Positions 30,001-38,741 of a stretch of 64,000 bases of DNA are shown here, one piece after another. The notes beneath the pieces are model-generated. The model was not told the DNA's origin and made no database searches. It was given only the letters and a program-made list of their open reading frames with translations. A program made the position numbers and the translations under genes. This DNA is from Gammaproteobacteria bacterium (GTDB lineage Bacteria; Pseudomonadota; Gammaproteobacteria; UBA1113): positions 5,046 to 69,045 of the forward strand of contig JAJFKI010000007.1 in assembly GCA_021773295.1 (NCBI GenBank), in the 5' to 3' direction. Within the stretch, counting starts at the first letter, position 1. The number at the start of each line of letters is the position of its first letter.

Positions 30001-31497
30001 ATCGTTTGAGCCCGTAATCGTCACCGTCACACTGGCTGTCGAGAACCCGCCATTACCATCACTCGCCGTATAACTGAAGGTATCGGTCGCGGTTTCCCCC
30101 ACGGCTAAGCTTTCAAATTGTCCATTGGGATCGTAGGTGACATTCGTACCGTTATTGATAACACTGCCCAATGTGCCCGCCGTATTCACAGCACTCACTG
30201 TTAAACTCGGGCTATCAATATCGCTATCGTTGGCTAGTACATCAATCACAACTGGCAAACCATCTTCATTAGCATTCCCAACATCATCAACTGTTGTAGG
30301 ATTATCATTTACGCCATTAACCGTCACCGTCACCGTTGCGGTATCCGTCAAACCTATTTCATCGGTGACAACGTATGTGAACATGTCTATTACAGATTGG
30401 CCAGCCGCTAGAGATTGAAAGCTAGCGGCTGGTGTGTATGTTACGACTCCATTGACAAGTTGTACTGTGCCTGTTGTTGTGCTGCCGTCAATGGAGAGTA
30501 CTGATAATGTTGTACCTGGGTTGGGATCGTTGTCATTTGCTGTTAATACATTTTCGCTTATTACGAGCGGTGTGTCTTCATTTGTTATTAGGTTGTCTGG
30601 ATTCGCAGTGGGAACTTGATTGAGTCTTGCGACGTTAATTGTAATTGGCGCTTCTGCTGTTGCACCACTTGGATCGGTGACCCTAGCTACCACTGTATAA
30701 GTTTGACCACCTAAATAATTAATTGCATCCGCGTTTGCAACTGAGAGAACACCTGTTGTCGAATTAATAGTGAATAAACTGAGCCCATTACCACTTACTA
30801 GTGAGTAAGTGATAGGATCGGCATCAGGATCAGAGGCTTGGACTGTGCCAATGGTGCCACCATCAGGAACAAACTGATTAACATTATATTGCAATGCACC
30901 TATGATGGGCGCTTGGTTGCTAGATTCCGAGACTGTGTTTGTAAAGTCGTCTGGATTATCATCAGACGGTGGTGGTGGCTCATTATCATCGCTAGGTGGT
31001 ATAGTTATTGTGACGGGGGGCTCTGCATTAGGGGTCGTTATTTGTGGTGGACTTTCCAAAGCTGTATTGAAATTTTGAAAATCATTACTTATCAATGAAA
31101 CCTCAGGCACATACTCAAGGGATGAAGATTGCTGTAGTTCCTCCATGGTGTAATAAGTTGTTGGGATCTTTAAATCAGTATCTGTTAAATCAAAGTTTTT
31201 AATTTTTGCGGGTTGAGCTAAACGACCTTGGAGACTTAAACCATCTATTATATGTATTTCTCGATGAACCGCAGAATCGATATACTCCATAGACATACCG
31301 ATTGATACACTCGTTAAACCGCCTGAGAAGAATGCGCCTGGTGTAAACGCAACGATGGATGGCGCAATAATAAAGCCAACCAGACCAACTGCTGTTATTA
31401 CAACATCAGGATGATCAAAAGCGGATTGGCCTACTCGACCATAATCTTGGACAACGACGGAACGTCTTCTTCGTCGTTTCTCATCTGGTAATGCCAT
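24043..31497 (-). CDS. Giant (2484 aa) type I-secreted RTX adhesin. ~14 tandem ~100-aa cadherin/VCBS-like repeats ending in (V/I)NDAP, FG-GAP-like repeats, RTX GGxGxD nonapeptides and a C-terminal secretion signal
   Basis: Repeats (..DAPDAVDDGYATDED..LTVTAF.ATS.NGATVNVN.NGSFSYDPTG...TDTATVTVTVTG(V/I)NDAP); GDVNGDG(Y/I)(N/A/S)D FG-GAP-like motifs; GQGGNDVYRAGAGDDTL RTX motifs; adjacent to ABC/HlyD genes. Confidence 0.85.
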   Translation of the reverse strand: MALPDEKRRRRRSVVVQDYGRVGQSAFDHPDVVITAVGLVGFIIAPSIVAFTPGAFFSGGLTSVSIGMSMEYIDSAVHREIHIIDGLSLQGRLAQPAKIKNFDLTDTDLKIPTTYYTMEELQQSSSLEYVPEVSLISNDFQNFNTALESPPQITTPNAEPPVTITIPPSDDNEPPPPSDDNPDDFTNTVSESSNQAPIIGALQYNVNQFVPDGGTIGTVQASDPDADPITYSLVSGNGLSLFTINSTTGVLSVANADAINYLGGQTYTVVARVTDPSGATAEAPITINVARLNQVPTANPDNLITNEDTPLVISENVLTANDNDPNPGTTLSVLSIDGSTTTGTVQLVNGVVTYTPAASFQSLAAGQSVIDMFTYVVTDEIGLTDTATVTVTVNGVNDNPTTVDDVGNANEDGLPVVIDVLANDSDIDSPSLTVSAVNTAGTLGSVINNGTNVTYDPNGQFESLAVGETATDTFSYTASDGNGGFSTASVTVTITGSNDGPTAVADVGAADEDGPAVAINVLSNDTDPDTSDVLTVSAVNTAGTLGSVINNGTNVTYDPNGQFESLAVGETATDTFSYTASDGNGGFSTASVTVTITGINDAPVANDDSNDVAEDGTLVAGGTVTTNDTDVDNGSSFSVTAVAGLPANVGNVVMGTYGSVTIASNGVYSYTLDNAAANVQALAATQTVIDSFSYQITDDQGATATANLNITVTGANDAPTAGNDAQPIPLIEDANLPSIFQFADTGASLFVNDTDIDTLDTLTVTNVAGSVSSSPSFGGGTYGNLFVDSVSGLNQYSITNTNPDIQALAEGQVVTDVFTYTISDGNGGTDTATVTYSIQGVNDAPIAVNDSYVGATEDTIFNINAASGILANDTDVDTLDTLTVTSPIGMFTSLLGADVTLLSDGSFTYDPTSVFIIQILPGGQTTNDSFNYTITDGIATDTAHVTINVLGVDDPMVLVADNNFLTEDDVFPIYPSPIGNDFDTDSGEDVTFISLNTTGAIGLVTDLGGGDFQYEPGNNFNYLSVGETAQDVFTYTAQDAHGATATQTVTMHISGVNDPVTAVADTPSVSEDNAGTLVDVLANDLDPDLNDTLTISGLNLAGTTGLVTNNGTDVTYNPNGQFESLAVGETAVDSFSYTVDDGNGSSDVATVTVTITGENDVPVADNDGYNASEDAVLNVNAALGVLNGDTDVDTSDTLTVIAFDAASASGAVVNVNADGSFSYDPTSAATIQALNTGVTLNDTFDYTVSDGNGGVDTATVTVTVTGVNDAPDAVDDGYATDEDTALNIGVPGVLNNDTDAESHGLTVTAFNATSVNGATVNVNANGSFSYDPTGAAAIQALDTGVTLDDTFTYTIDDSNGGTDTATVTVTLTGINDAPDAVDDANATNEDSVINAGAPGVLVNDSDPESHGITVTAFDATSMSGATVNVNANGSYSYDPTGAATIQALNTGQTLNDTFTYTIDDGNTGTDTATVTINVTGINDAPDAVDDGYATDENAVLNEGVPGVLVNDTDAESQGLTVTGFDAVSTSGAAVTVNGNGSFSYDPTGSATIQALTVGQTLNDTFTYTIDDSNGGTDTATVTVTVTGVNFVPDAMDDSDATNEDTPLNIAAPGVLVNDTDPDGHTLTVTVFDAASVNGATVNVNGDGSFTYDSTVAAALQALAVGQTLNDTFTYTVDDGNGGTDTATVTITVTGVNDAPTAVDDTFDTVSLPDPKSKDAGNVVTNDSDIDTGDTFSVTSFDATSVNGATVTVDASGNFTYDAFGTSFHNNLTGGQTAVDTFTYTITDSQGATDSATVSVTVVGFDELVSTTLTNAVGFTLNGIGSDDALGGAVGVGDYNGDGILDIIVNARGVENTISGFDDGEAYIVYGGATRVTGSINKTALGAGTQGFVITGDVAVGGTFANEIDFAVAGLGDVNGDGIGDMLVSYTSTIGTNVGRVIFGQSTILSAETHIDDLSGFTIEDNLNFGNIDDAQGLGDVNGDGIADFAMTTNNGGNHFVIFGSTSFGATLDVNTVNGTNGFEFEGTGETATQRIANLGDINGDGLDDIGFGTVDDGNTDGFAIVYGSTSAYTNPLDASLLNGTNGIFIDVVDAGADLTDVDFEAEGNIVGAGDVNGDGYNDIFVTTRTPNAENDIVGYVIYGGPSLTSMTPATFNSIAVGGMPSVGFAVIASAASELTVSGSGDVNGDGYSDLILVAPLGDEGLTNAGDLYVIYGSANITAPFTLNGVGSNIDGFNGYVINGDTANERFGRDDIAGANLEVTDFDGDGYDDIILGSPESPLGGGPGKGELFVIYGSNTNGIIDFEGTSGADALTGNVFDNHLVAMQGDDTLDGQGGNDVYRAGAGDDTLIYDAADTTKVDGGAGLDTLQLSGSGEVVDLTSINNLIHEGIEVVDITGTGNNTLTLGLSDVFDLSTEINTFGAVDTPNTLIVQGNTGDVLNIETGAGWQALGTINVGGEVYQHVQSLTLVGDIYYDTDITQNFV

Positions 31498-31640
31498 ACA
31501 ACCACCAACCTATAACTCAACAACACACTAGCAAAACCTGCCAAAAGAAGTTTTGCTCTCAGTATTTCATAAGTATAGTAAAGCTATGCGAGAATGCTTA
31601 TTAAGTTTTTTTTAATAAAGAAGAAATTTGTTAGTAACGC

Positions 31641-32942
31641 TTAAGGTTCTTTAAAGGCTCTGTCTGTCGCCTTGAAGAATGGATTAAGAATATAGTCTAA
31701 TACTGACTTTTTACTCGTAATAATATTGACGCTTGCCATCATCCCAGGAAGAATTGGGAGTTTCCTGCCTTTTTTGTTCTTCAGATAATTTTTATCTGTA
31801 GCAACTAATACTCGATAATAACTTTTCCCTTCTTCACTCTGCATAGTATCGGCACTGATTACAGCAACTTTTCCTTGCATACCACCAAAAATTGCAAAAT
31901 CATAAGCAGTGAACTTAACATAGGCTTCATCTCCAACTTTGATAAAGGCGATATCTTTTGGATCAACCTGCACCTCTACTGTCAATGTATCATCCAGCGG
32001 TACAAGTTCCATGATGTCTTCACCAGGAGGGATAACGCCGCCGATAGTGCTAATGTTAACATTGTTTACAATACCATTAACAGGTGAAACGATGGTCGTC
32101 CTGAATGCTCTATCTCTTGATGCTTCGATCCCTTTTTGCAAAATAATAAATTCTGACTGTAAATTTTTAAAGTTTTTATAGGCGTCTGCTTTAAACTTTT
32201 CTTTTTCTTCAATAATGCTGCCTTTAATTTCATTGACCTGTCGTTGCACGCGAATCAACTCTAAGTCTGACATAATCTGCTCTTTTACTAATGGCTTTAA
32301 TATATTTAATTCTTTGTTAGCCAAATCATAACTTCTTTGCATTGTCGATAAGCTTGTTTTTAAATCTGACATCCTTGCTTTAAAGATTTCAGTTTCACTT
32401 TTCACTAGCTCAGGGGCATTCTTTCTGACTTCCTGAGGGAAATCAATTGAAGTATCACCATTAATTTCAGCTCGGTAGCGAACAATTGTAGTGAGTAATG
32501 TCAAATATTTTATGTACTCTTCATTGTAATCCGCTTTAAAACGTGTATCGTCCAATTTTAACAAGGGTTGACCTCTTTTAACACGATCACCGTCTTTAAC
32601 AAATATTTCTTCAATAATCCCACCTTCTAAACTTTGAATAACTTTTACTTTTGATGAAGGTATTACTTTGCCTTGCCCAATAGTCGTTTCATCGATATAG
32701 CCAAGTCCTGCCCAAATAATCGCAATTAATAATAAGGCAATAACGGCATACAAAAAGAGGTTAGCTGCTCTTGGCGTAGTAATTAACAATGCTTGTTTGC
32801 TATCTGAGACAAAATCAATATCGTCAAGCTCTAAGCCATATAGTTTTTCCATATGCTTTAAATATTTCTGACGTGCTTCTAAATGTGATGAATGCACATC
32901 ATCAGACTTGTTCTCAACATCATTGTTTTTTTCGTCACTCAT
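31641..32942 (-). CDS. Type I secretion periplasmic adaptor (HlyD/LapC family)
   Basis: N-terminal TM anchor, long coiled-coil, C-terminal beta domain; start set at MSDEK (8-nt overlap with ABC transporter stop), the tracked ORF extends further. Confidence 0.85.
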   Translation of the reverse strand: MSDEKNNDVENKSDDVHSSHLEARQKYLKHMEKLYGLELDDIDFVSDSKQALLITTPRAANLFLYAVIALLLIAIIWAGLGYIDETTIGQGKVIPSSKVKVIQSLEGGIIEEIFVKDGDRVKRGQPLLKLDDTRFKADYNEEYIKYLTLLTTIVRYRAEINGDTSIDFPQEVRKNAPELVKSETEIFKARMSDLKTSLSTMQRSYDLANKELNILKPLVKEQIMSDLELIRVQRQVNEIKGSIIEEKEKFKADAYKNFKNLQSEFIILQKGIEASRDRAFRTTIVSPVNGIVNNVNISTIGGVIPPGEDIMELVPLDDTLTVEVQVDPKDIAFIKVGDEAYVKFTAYDFAIFGGMQGKVAVISADTMQSEEGKSYYRVLVATDKNYLKNKKGRKLPILPGMMASVNIITSKKSVLDYILNPFFKATDRAFKEP

Positions 32943-35091
32943 CTTTTTCACCTGCTGTGTTGTCCCCCAAACGCTCAAGAATCTTATCTTTACTCCCTTG
33001 CGCAAGTACCGTCCCCTTGTCAATCACAATCAATTTATCTAATATATTCAATATTGACATACGATGTGCTGTCAGTATTAATGTTTTGTCTACTATCATT
33101 TTTTGTAAATTGGTAATCACTCGCTTCTCAGTTTTAAAATCCATTGCGCTTGTGGGTTCATCAAATAGAAAAACGGGTGGGTTACCTAAATAGGCGCGTG
33201 CTAATGCAATACATTGTCGCTGCCCACCTGACATACTGGCACCACGTTCATCGATAAGCATGCGATAACCTTCATGATGTTCATTTGCAAATTGATCAAC
33301 TGCAGCAAATTCCGCAACTTTTATCACAGCACTATCTTCTACCCATGGTGCTCGCAAGGCAATGTTGTCTCTCAAAGTACCATAAAATAATGTGAAATCT
33401 TGTAATACACTGCCTATGTTTCGTCGTAAGTCCACAGGGTCAATTTGTGCTATGTCAATGTTATCAATCTTGATATTACCATCTTGTGGTTTATATAAAC
33501 CAAGAATCAAACGTTGAATCGTCGTTTTACCAGAACCTGTCCCCCCAATAATACCCATCTTATCGCCTGCTTCAATTTTGAAGGAGACATTATTTAGCAC
33601 AGCATAATCACTGGTTGGGTAAGCAAAGGTAACATTTTCAAATTCTACTGAACCTTTCAATTTGGTATAGCTAGTATACTTTTTCCCCATAGGACGTTCG
33701 TGAGGAAGCTCCATTATCTTATTTAAACCTTTAAGTGCAATTCTTGATTGTTGTATTCGAATTAAAATATTCGTGATTTGTGCTAATGGCGCTAATGCTC
33801 TACCCGCAAGAATGGTACAAGCGATTAACCCACCTACGGTTAATTGCCCCTGCATAATAAGATATACACCTAATATCACCACAGTCACCGTCACAACTTG
33901 CTGGATGAATGTGGCAAAGCTCATGGCTATTACTGAGAAGAACCTTGAACGTTGTGATGCACGGTAAGTAATACCAATATATTTTTCCCAACGACGCAGC
34001 ATAGTACCTTCTGCTACCATGCTTTTTAAAGTTTCCAAACCATTGATTGACTCGATCAAGACTGCATGCTTTTGGTTAGAACCAATGTAAGCCTTTTCTA
34101 TTGCCCTTCGCATCGGAATTTCTAATAAAATGCCCGCAAGGATAACCAAAGGCACAGCAATCAGCGGTACTATAGCCAGGACACCACCAATCATGTAAAT
34201 AATATATATAAATAGCAATACAAATGGAAAGTCAATAAAGCAGGTGAGTGTTGCTGATGTGAAAAAATCTCTTAGTACTTCAAACTCTCGTAAATTATTA
34301 GCAAACGCACCTGAGGAACTTGGCTTAGAACTTAGATTAATCGACAGCATCTGATTAAACAGCGTACTTGCAAGCAATACATCTGTTTTTTTACCGCTGA
34401 TGTCGATAAAGTGCCCTCGCAAAACTTTCATGACAAAGTCAAACAAGAATATAATTCCAACACCTGACGCTAATACCCAAAGAGTTTCAACCGTACTATT
34501 TGGGATTACTTTATCATAAACAATCATAATAAAAATTGGTGTAGCCAAAGCAAATGCATTAATCAAAAATGCTGACATCATCACCCTAACAAAAATAGAT
34601 TTATAACGGAACATTGTTCCCCAAAACCATGACTTTTCTTTTTGCACTTCAAATTCATCGGCACGCTTTTCAAAATCAACTTGTTTTTGACAAAAGATAG
34701 CATAGCCACTGTATTGATCAGCAATAGTTTCCAGGCGTATTCGTTTTACCGAGACATCTGTTTCAGGGAAAATGACTTCCGCCGTGCCATCATCAAAATA
34801 TTCTGTTATTAAGCAAGCTCGATCATCCTTAAGCACTAGCACTGCAGGCAATACTAAGCCAGGAATTCTATCAATAGGCCGCTTAACAACTTTCGCATAA
34901 TAACCAATGCGTCCAGCTGCCCTAATAAATAACTGTGGTGTTAACTTGCGCCCAACCAATGGCAGACCCGCCGTTAATGATTCCATCGAGTGTGGTTGTT
35001 GATCAAACTTTGTAAGAATGACCAAACAACCCAATAATGGATCATCAAAATGTAATTCCTGAAACCCCAAGTTTTCACTAAATTGAGTCAT
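32935..35091 (-). CDS. Type I secretion ABC transporter (HlyB/LapB family) with N-terminal C39-like domain
   Basis: 718 aa; ~130-aa N-terminal C39-like domain, 6-TM domain, Walker A GGTGSGKTT, signature LSGGQRQ. Confidence 0.88.
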   Translation of the reverse strand: MTQFSENLGFQELHFDDPLLGCLVILTKFDQQPHSMESLTAGLPLVGRKLTPQLFIRAAGRIGYYAKVVKRPIDRIPGLVLPAVLVLKDDRACLITEYFDDGTAEVIFPETDVSVKRIRLETIADQYSGYAIFCQKQVDFEKRADEFEVQKEKSWFWGTMFRYKSIFVRVMMSAFLINAFALATPIFIMIVYDKVIPNSTVETLWVLASGVGIIFLFDFVMKVLRGHFIDISGKKTDVLLASTLFNQMLSINLSSKPSSSGAFANNLREFEVLRDFFTSATLTCFIDFPFVLLFIYIIYMIGGVLAIVPLIAVPLVILAGILLEIPMRRAIEKAYIGSNQKHAVLIESINGLETLKSMVAEGTMLRRWEKYIGITYRASQRSRFFSVIAMSFATFIQQVVTVTVVILGVYLIMQGQLTVGGLIACTILAGRALAPLAQITNILIRIQQSRIALKGLNKIMELPHERPMGKKYTSYTKLKGSVEFENVTFAYPTSDYAVLNNVSFKIEAGDKMGIIGGTGSGKTTIQRLILGLYKPQDGNIKIDNIDIAQIDPVDLRRNIGSVLQDFTLFYGTLRDNIALRAPWVEDSAVIKVAEFAAVDQFANEHHEGYRMLIDERGASMSGGQRQCIALARAYLGNPPVFLFDEPTSAMDFKTEKRVITNLQKMIVDKTLILTAHRMSILNILDKLIVIDKGTVLAQGSKDKILERLGDNTAGEKDE

Positions 35092-35229
35092 GATCTGACC
35101 TTTTCTTTTTGTCCTTATTAATTAGCTATAGCACATTCTTGGTAAAATCCCATGAAAAAGGTACGGCTTGTAAGAGTTTATTTAATTGTTTTAATAAAGT
35201 CCTAACTTCTCTTATTAACAAATACTTAA

Positions 35230-35406
35230 CCGCATATACCCATCGTTCTTCAAAATGCGAGATTTAGGCGATTTGATTTTTGTTCCCGTGCAGGCTTTGA
35301 AATGCGGGTAATAGCCATTCTATTGCCAAATTTCAAAGCCTGTACGGGGACAAAAAGCAATAGCATTAATCTCACATTTTGGAGTACGATGGGTATATAC
35401 CCATCG
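35230..35406. repeat. MITE-like ~175-bp palindromic element, copy 1
   Basis: ~28-bp terminal inverted repeats (atatacccatcgttcttcaaaatgcgag / ctcacattttggagtacgatgggtatat) flanking an internal long imperfect palindrome; terminates in the 20-bp perfect palindrome cgatgggtatatacccatcg. Confidence 0.6.
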
Positions 35407-37432
35407 CACTCCAGCCAGTGTCTGGTTTAAAACGTGCGCCCATGCTAGTTTCCAGTCGTGAAAAGATTTCTTTGCGTTGATCATCTGCTAATTGTTGTAC
35501 ATAGTGAATGGGGCCACCTCTGAAGGGAGCAAAGCCAGTGCCGAAAATAATCCCGGCATCTAATAAATCAGCATCAGAGACTATACCTTCACGTAAGCAG
35601 GCAACGGCTTCATTCGCTAAACGTACGACTAAGCGTAATGCAAGATCATGAGGTGCTTTATAGTTGTTTGGTAGCTTTGGCTTTTGTGCGATGCCATCAT
35701 TATAACGATATAAACCTTGCCCTGTCTTTTTACCTAGGTGCCCTTCTGAAATAAGTTGATGTAATATTTCTGTAGCTTTCTCATCTTCACCTAGATGAAT
35801 ATTTTCTAGTGTCAATAAAACAACATCTAAACCTATCGTGTCTAACAATTCCATGGGCCCTATGGGCATACCAAAATTTTCAGCTGCCCTATCAATTGCA
35901 GCCATAGGCACACCTTCATTTGCTATTAAGAATGCCTCAAAAAGGTAAGCAGCTAACACCCTATTTACCAAAAATCCTGGTGCACTTTTTACGGGTAGTG
36001 GTAAGCGTCTCAATGTGCGTACAAAAGCAATCGCATGCTGTTTTTCTGTATCAAAGGTTCTAGGATTATAAACAACTTCGACCAGTGGCATTTTGTGAAC
36101 GGGATTAAAAAAGTGGATTCCTACTAATCGCTCAGGTTGTTGCATCATTGCAGAAATTTCTTTTAGCATTATACTTGACGTATTTGTCGCTAAAAGTGCT
36201 GTGGGTTTTGCTTTTTCTTCAATGTCTTTAAATAAAGCTTGCTTTAACGCAACATCTTCACTGACTGCCTCAATGATAACATCGGCTTTGCGAATACCAT
36301 CACCCGCAACATCGGCTTGTAAGCGATCCATAGCATCACGAATTTTGAGTGGATCTGTTAATTTTCTAGTAAATAATTTATGTGCTCGCTTAACTGCTGG
36401 TGCTATATATTGGGTATGTCGATCTTGTAATGTCACACGATAACCTTTCAGTGCACACCAGGTAGCAATATCACCGCCCATAACGCCAGCACCTATTACA
36501 TGCACATGCTGAGCTTCAAAGACAATGAGATCATCAAGGTTTTTTAAGCGTTCCTGTAAAAAGTAAACTCGTGATAAATTTATGGCAGTATCTGTCATTA
36601 ATAATTTACCGACTGAATTTGCTTCGGCAATGTAACTTTTCTCACTGTAAATGCCATGCGTTAACCAATTTTCCACAATGGCATAAGGTGCAGGATAATG
36701 TTCAATCTTAACGTCTTTAGCGTTTAATTTTTTACGGATAAGAGAAGCAACAACCGGACGAATGAACGACCAATTTAAAGTATTTTGCCAAAAACTTGCT
36801 TTTTGTTTGGCGGGTTTGTTTTGTAAATAATAAAGTGCTGAGTTATTTAATTGTCGCTCTGGTACAGCATCATCAATCACCCCCATAAGTTTTGCTTTTT
36901 TTGCAGAGATTGGACGACCACTTAACATCAACGTAATTGCAGCAGAAGGCCCGATCAATCTCGGTAAGCGTATCGTCCCCCCCCAACCAGGATGAATGCC
37001 TAACATGACTTCTGGCAGACCAATGCGAACTTGATGCTGCAATGAAGCAATACGATAATCGCATGCTAGGGCAAGTTCTAAGCCACCTCCCAAACAAAAT
37101 CCATTAATGAGTGCAACGGTTGGGAAACTAAAGGCTTCTAACTTATCAAATATTTGTTGTACTTGACGAATTAAGTCTACTGCTTTATTTACATCATTAA
37201 ATTGAGAAAATTGTTCAACATCAGCACCTGAAATAAACCCACTTTCTTTGCAAGAGTAAATGACCATGCCCTGTGGTGCCTGCGCGGGTAATTTGTCCAC
37301 GATATCATTGAGCTCTTCTAAAACAGGATAATTTAAGGAATTTGTTGCGCTATCTGCTCGATCAATACCAAGCCACAAAAATCCATCTGCCGTTTGCTTT
37401 ATTTTCCAGTGTTGATATTCTCTACTTGGCAT
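35372..37432 (-). CDS. fadB: Fatty-acid oxidation complex alpha subunit (enoyl-CoA hydratase / 3-hydroxyacyl-CoA dehydrogenase)
   Basis: 686 aa; N-terminal crotonase fold, central NAD-binding GAGVMGGDIA; the last ~10 codons of the tracked ORF run into the repeat element so the true stop context is uncertain. Confidence 0.85.
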   Translation of the reverse strand: MPSREYQHWKIKQTADGFLWLGIDRADSATNSLNYPVLEELNDIVDKLPAQAPQGMVIYSCKESGFISGADVEQFSQFNDVNKAVDLIRQVQQIFDKLEAFSFPTVALINGFCLGGGLELALACDYRIASLQHQVRIGLPEVMLGIHPGWGGTIRLPRLIGPSAAITLMLSGRPISAKKAKLMGVIDDAVPERQLNNSALYYLQNKPAKQKASFWQNTLNWSFIRPVVASLIRKKLNAKDVKIEHYPAPYAIVENWLTHGIYSEKSYIAEANSVGKLLMTDTAINLSRVYFLQERLKNLDDLIVFEAQHVHVIGAGVMGGDIATWCALKGYRVTLQDRHTQYIAPAVKRAHKLFTRKLTDPLKIRDAMDRLQADVAGDGIRKADVIIEAVSEDVALKQALFKDIEEKAKPTALLATNTSSIMLKEISAMMQQPERLVGIHFFNPVHKMPLVEVVYNPRTFDTEKQHAIAFVRTLRRLPLPVKSAPGFLVNRVLAAYLFEAFLIANEGVPMAAIDRAAENFGMPIGPMELLDTIGLDVVLLTLENIHLGEDEKATEILHQLISEGHLGKKTGQGLYRYNDGIAQKPKLPNNYKAPHDLALRLVVRLANEAVACLREGIVSDADLLDAGIIFGTGFAPFRGGPIHYVQQLADDQRKEIFSRLETSMGARFKPDTGWSAMGIYPSYSKM

Positions 37433-38741
37433 CTGCTGCTACTTCCCCATTTTCAACAATAATTGCCCCACCTTGACCACCACCAATGCAAATTGATGCT
37501 ACACCACGTTTAGCATTTTGTTGTCGTAACACATGCGCTAAATGCAAGGTTATCCTTGCACCACTGGCCCCGACGGGGTGACCCAAGGCAATTGCACCAC
37601 CATGAATATTTAAACGCGCTGCATCCAACGGGCCAAAGGCTTGCGGCAAAGTAAAATGTTGTCGACAATAATTAGCATCATTAAAGGCATCCATGCATGC
37701 TAGCACTTGAGCAGCAAAAGCTTCATTAATTTCCCAATAATCAACATCATTCATTGATAATTGATGTTGTTGCAATAAGGGGATACTTGCATGTACTGGT
37801 CCTAACCCCATGACCCCAGGATCAACACCGGCCCAGTTGACAGCAACTAAGCGGCCTAGCGTTGGTAGATTCCATTTTGCAACAGCCTTTTCACTGGCAA
37901 GAATTAACAGTGCTGCGCCATCAGTGATTTGGCTGCTATTGCCAGGCGTTACAAACCCATACTTTTTATCAAAAAAAGGTTTTAACTTAGCTAATCTTTC
38001 AATGCTTGAATCACTACGCAAACCATTATCATATTCGTAGTACTGACCCTGATTATCAATCAGTGGCACCACTTCTTCTGTCATTACGCCTTGTTCAATA
38101 GCCATTGCTAACTTTTGATGGCTTTGTACCGAGAATTCATCCATGCTTAACCGATTGATCTTAAAATTATAAGCTAGGTTTTCAGCAGTTTGCCCCATGC
38201 TAAGACCTATCATCGGGTCATTTAAACCACGTAAAATGGAAATGACCGGCTTTAGGAATGACAAGCGTGTTTTTAACAACAGACTAGCTCTCTTGGAAAA
38301 CGTCTTCGCGCTGTACCAAGCGCTTAACCATGCGATCATATCTTGATTAAACAACAAAGGTGCGTGGCTCATAGCTTCTGTTCCACCCGCTAACACAAGA
38401 TCGTGTCGTCCTGATTGAATGTCTTTCATCGCGCTGTCAATTGCTTGCATGCCAGACGCACAATTGCGTTGTACCGTATAAGCCGGTGCTTGCGCTTGAC
38501 AACCTAAGCGCAAAGCAATAAGCCGCGCGATATTTGTTTCATCAGGATTAGACATCACAGAGCCAATAACAATGCTTTCAATGTCTTTTGCGCTAAAGGC
38601 TTGACGATTTAATAAGGGCTGACCCGCTTTAACCGCTAAATCAGCCGCAGTAAAAGGACCCGGTTTATTTCTGGCTTTAAGAAATGGTGTGCGAGCACCA
38701 TCGACGATATAAACTATACGGCCCGGACTTTCTCTAGACAT
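37422..38741 (-). CDS. fadA: 3-ketoacyl-CoA thiolase
   Basis: 439 aa; thiolase active-site Cys (NCASGMQA) and C-terminal GxGxG motifs; overlaps fadB start by 11 nt. Confidence 0.88.
   Translation of the reverse strand: MSRESPGRIVYIVDGARTPFLKARNKPGPFTAADLAVKAGQPLLNRQAFSAKDIESIVIGSVMSNPDETNIARLIALRLGCQAQAPAYTVQRNCASGMQAIDSAMKDIQSGRHDLVLAGGTEAMSHAPLLFNQDMIAWLSAWYSAKTFSKRASLLLKTRLSFLKPVISILRGLNDPMIGLSMGQTAENLAYNFKINRLSMDEFSVQSHQKLAMAIEQGVMTEEVVPLIDNQGQYYEYDNGLRSDSSIERLAKLKPFFDKKYGFVTPGNSSQITDGAALLILASEKAVAKWNLPTLGRLVAVNWAGVDPGVMGLGPVHASIPLLQQHQLSMNDVDYWEINEAFAAQVLACMDAFNDANYCRQHFTLPQAFGPLDAARLNIHGGAIALGHPVGASGARITLHLAHVLRQQNAKRGVASICIGGGQGGAIIVENGEVAADAK

Noticed and set aside
26173-30619. Chain of 60-110-aa Thr/Val/Ser-rich plus-strand ORFs inside the RTX adhesin gene
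   Set aside because: Antisense frames of a highly repetitive, stop-codon-poor gene. The repeated ORFs simply mirror the tandem repeats.
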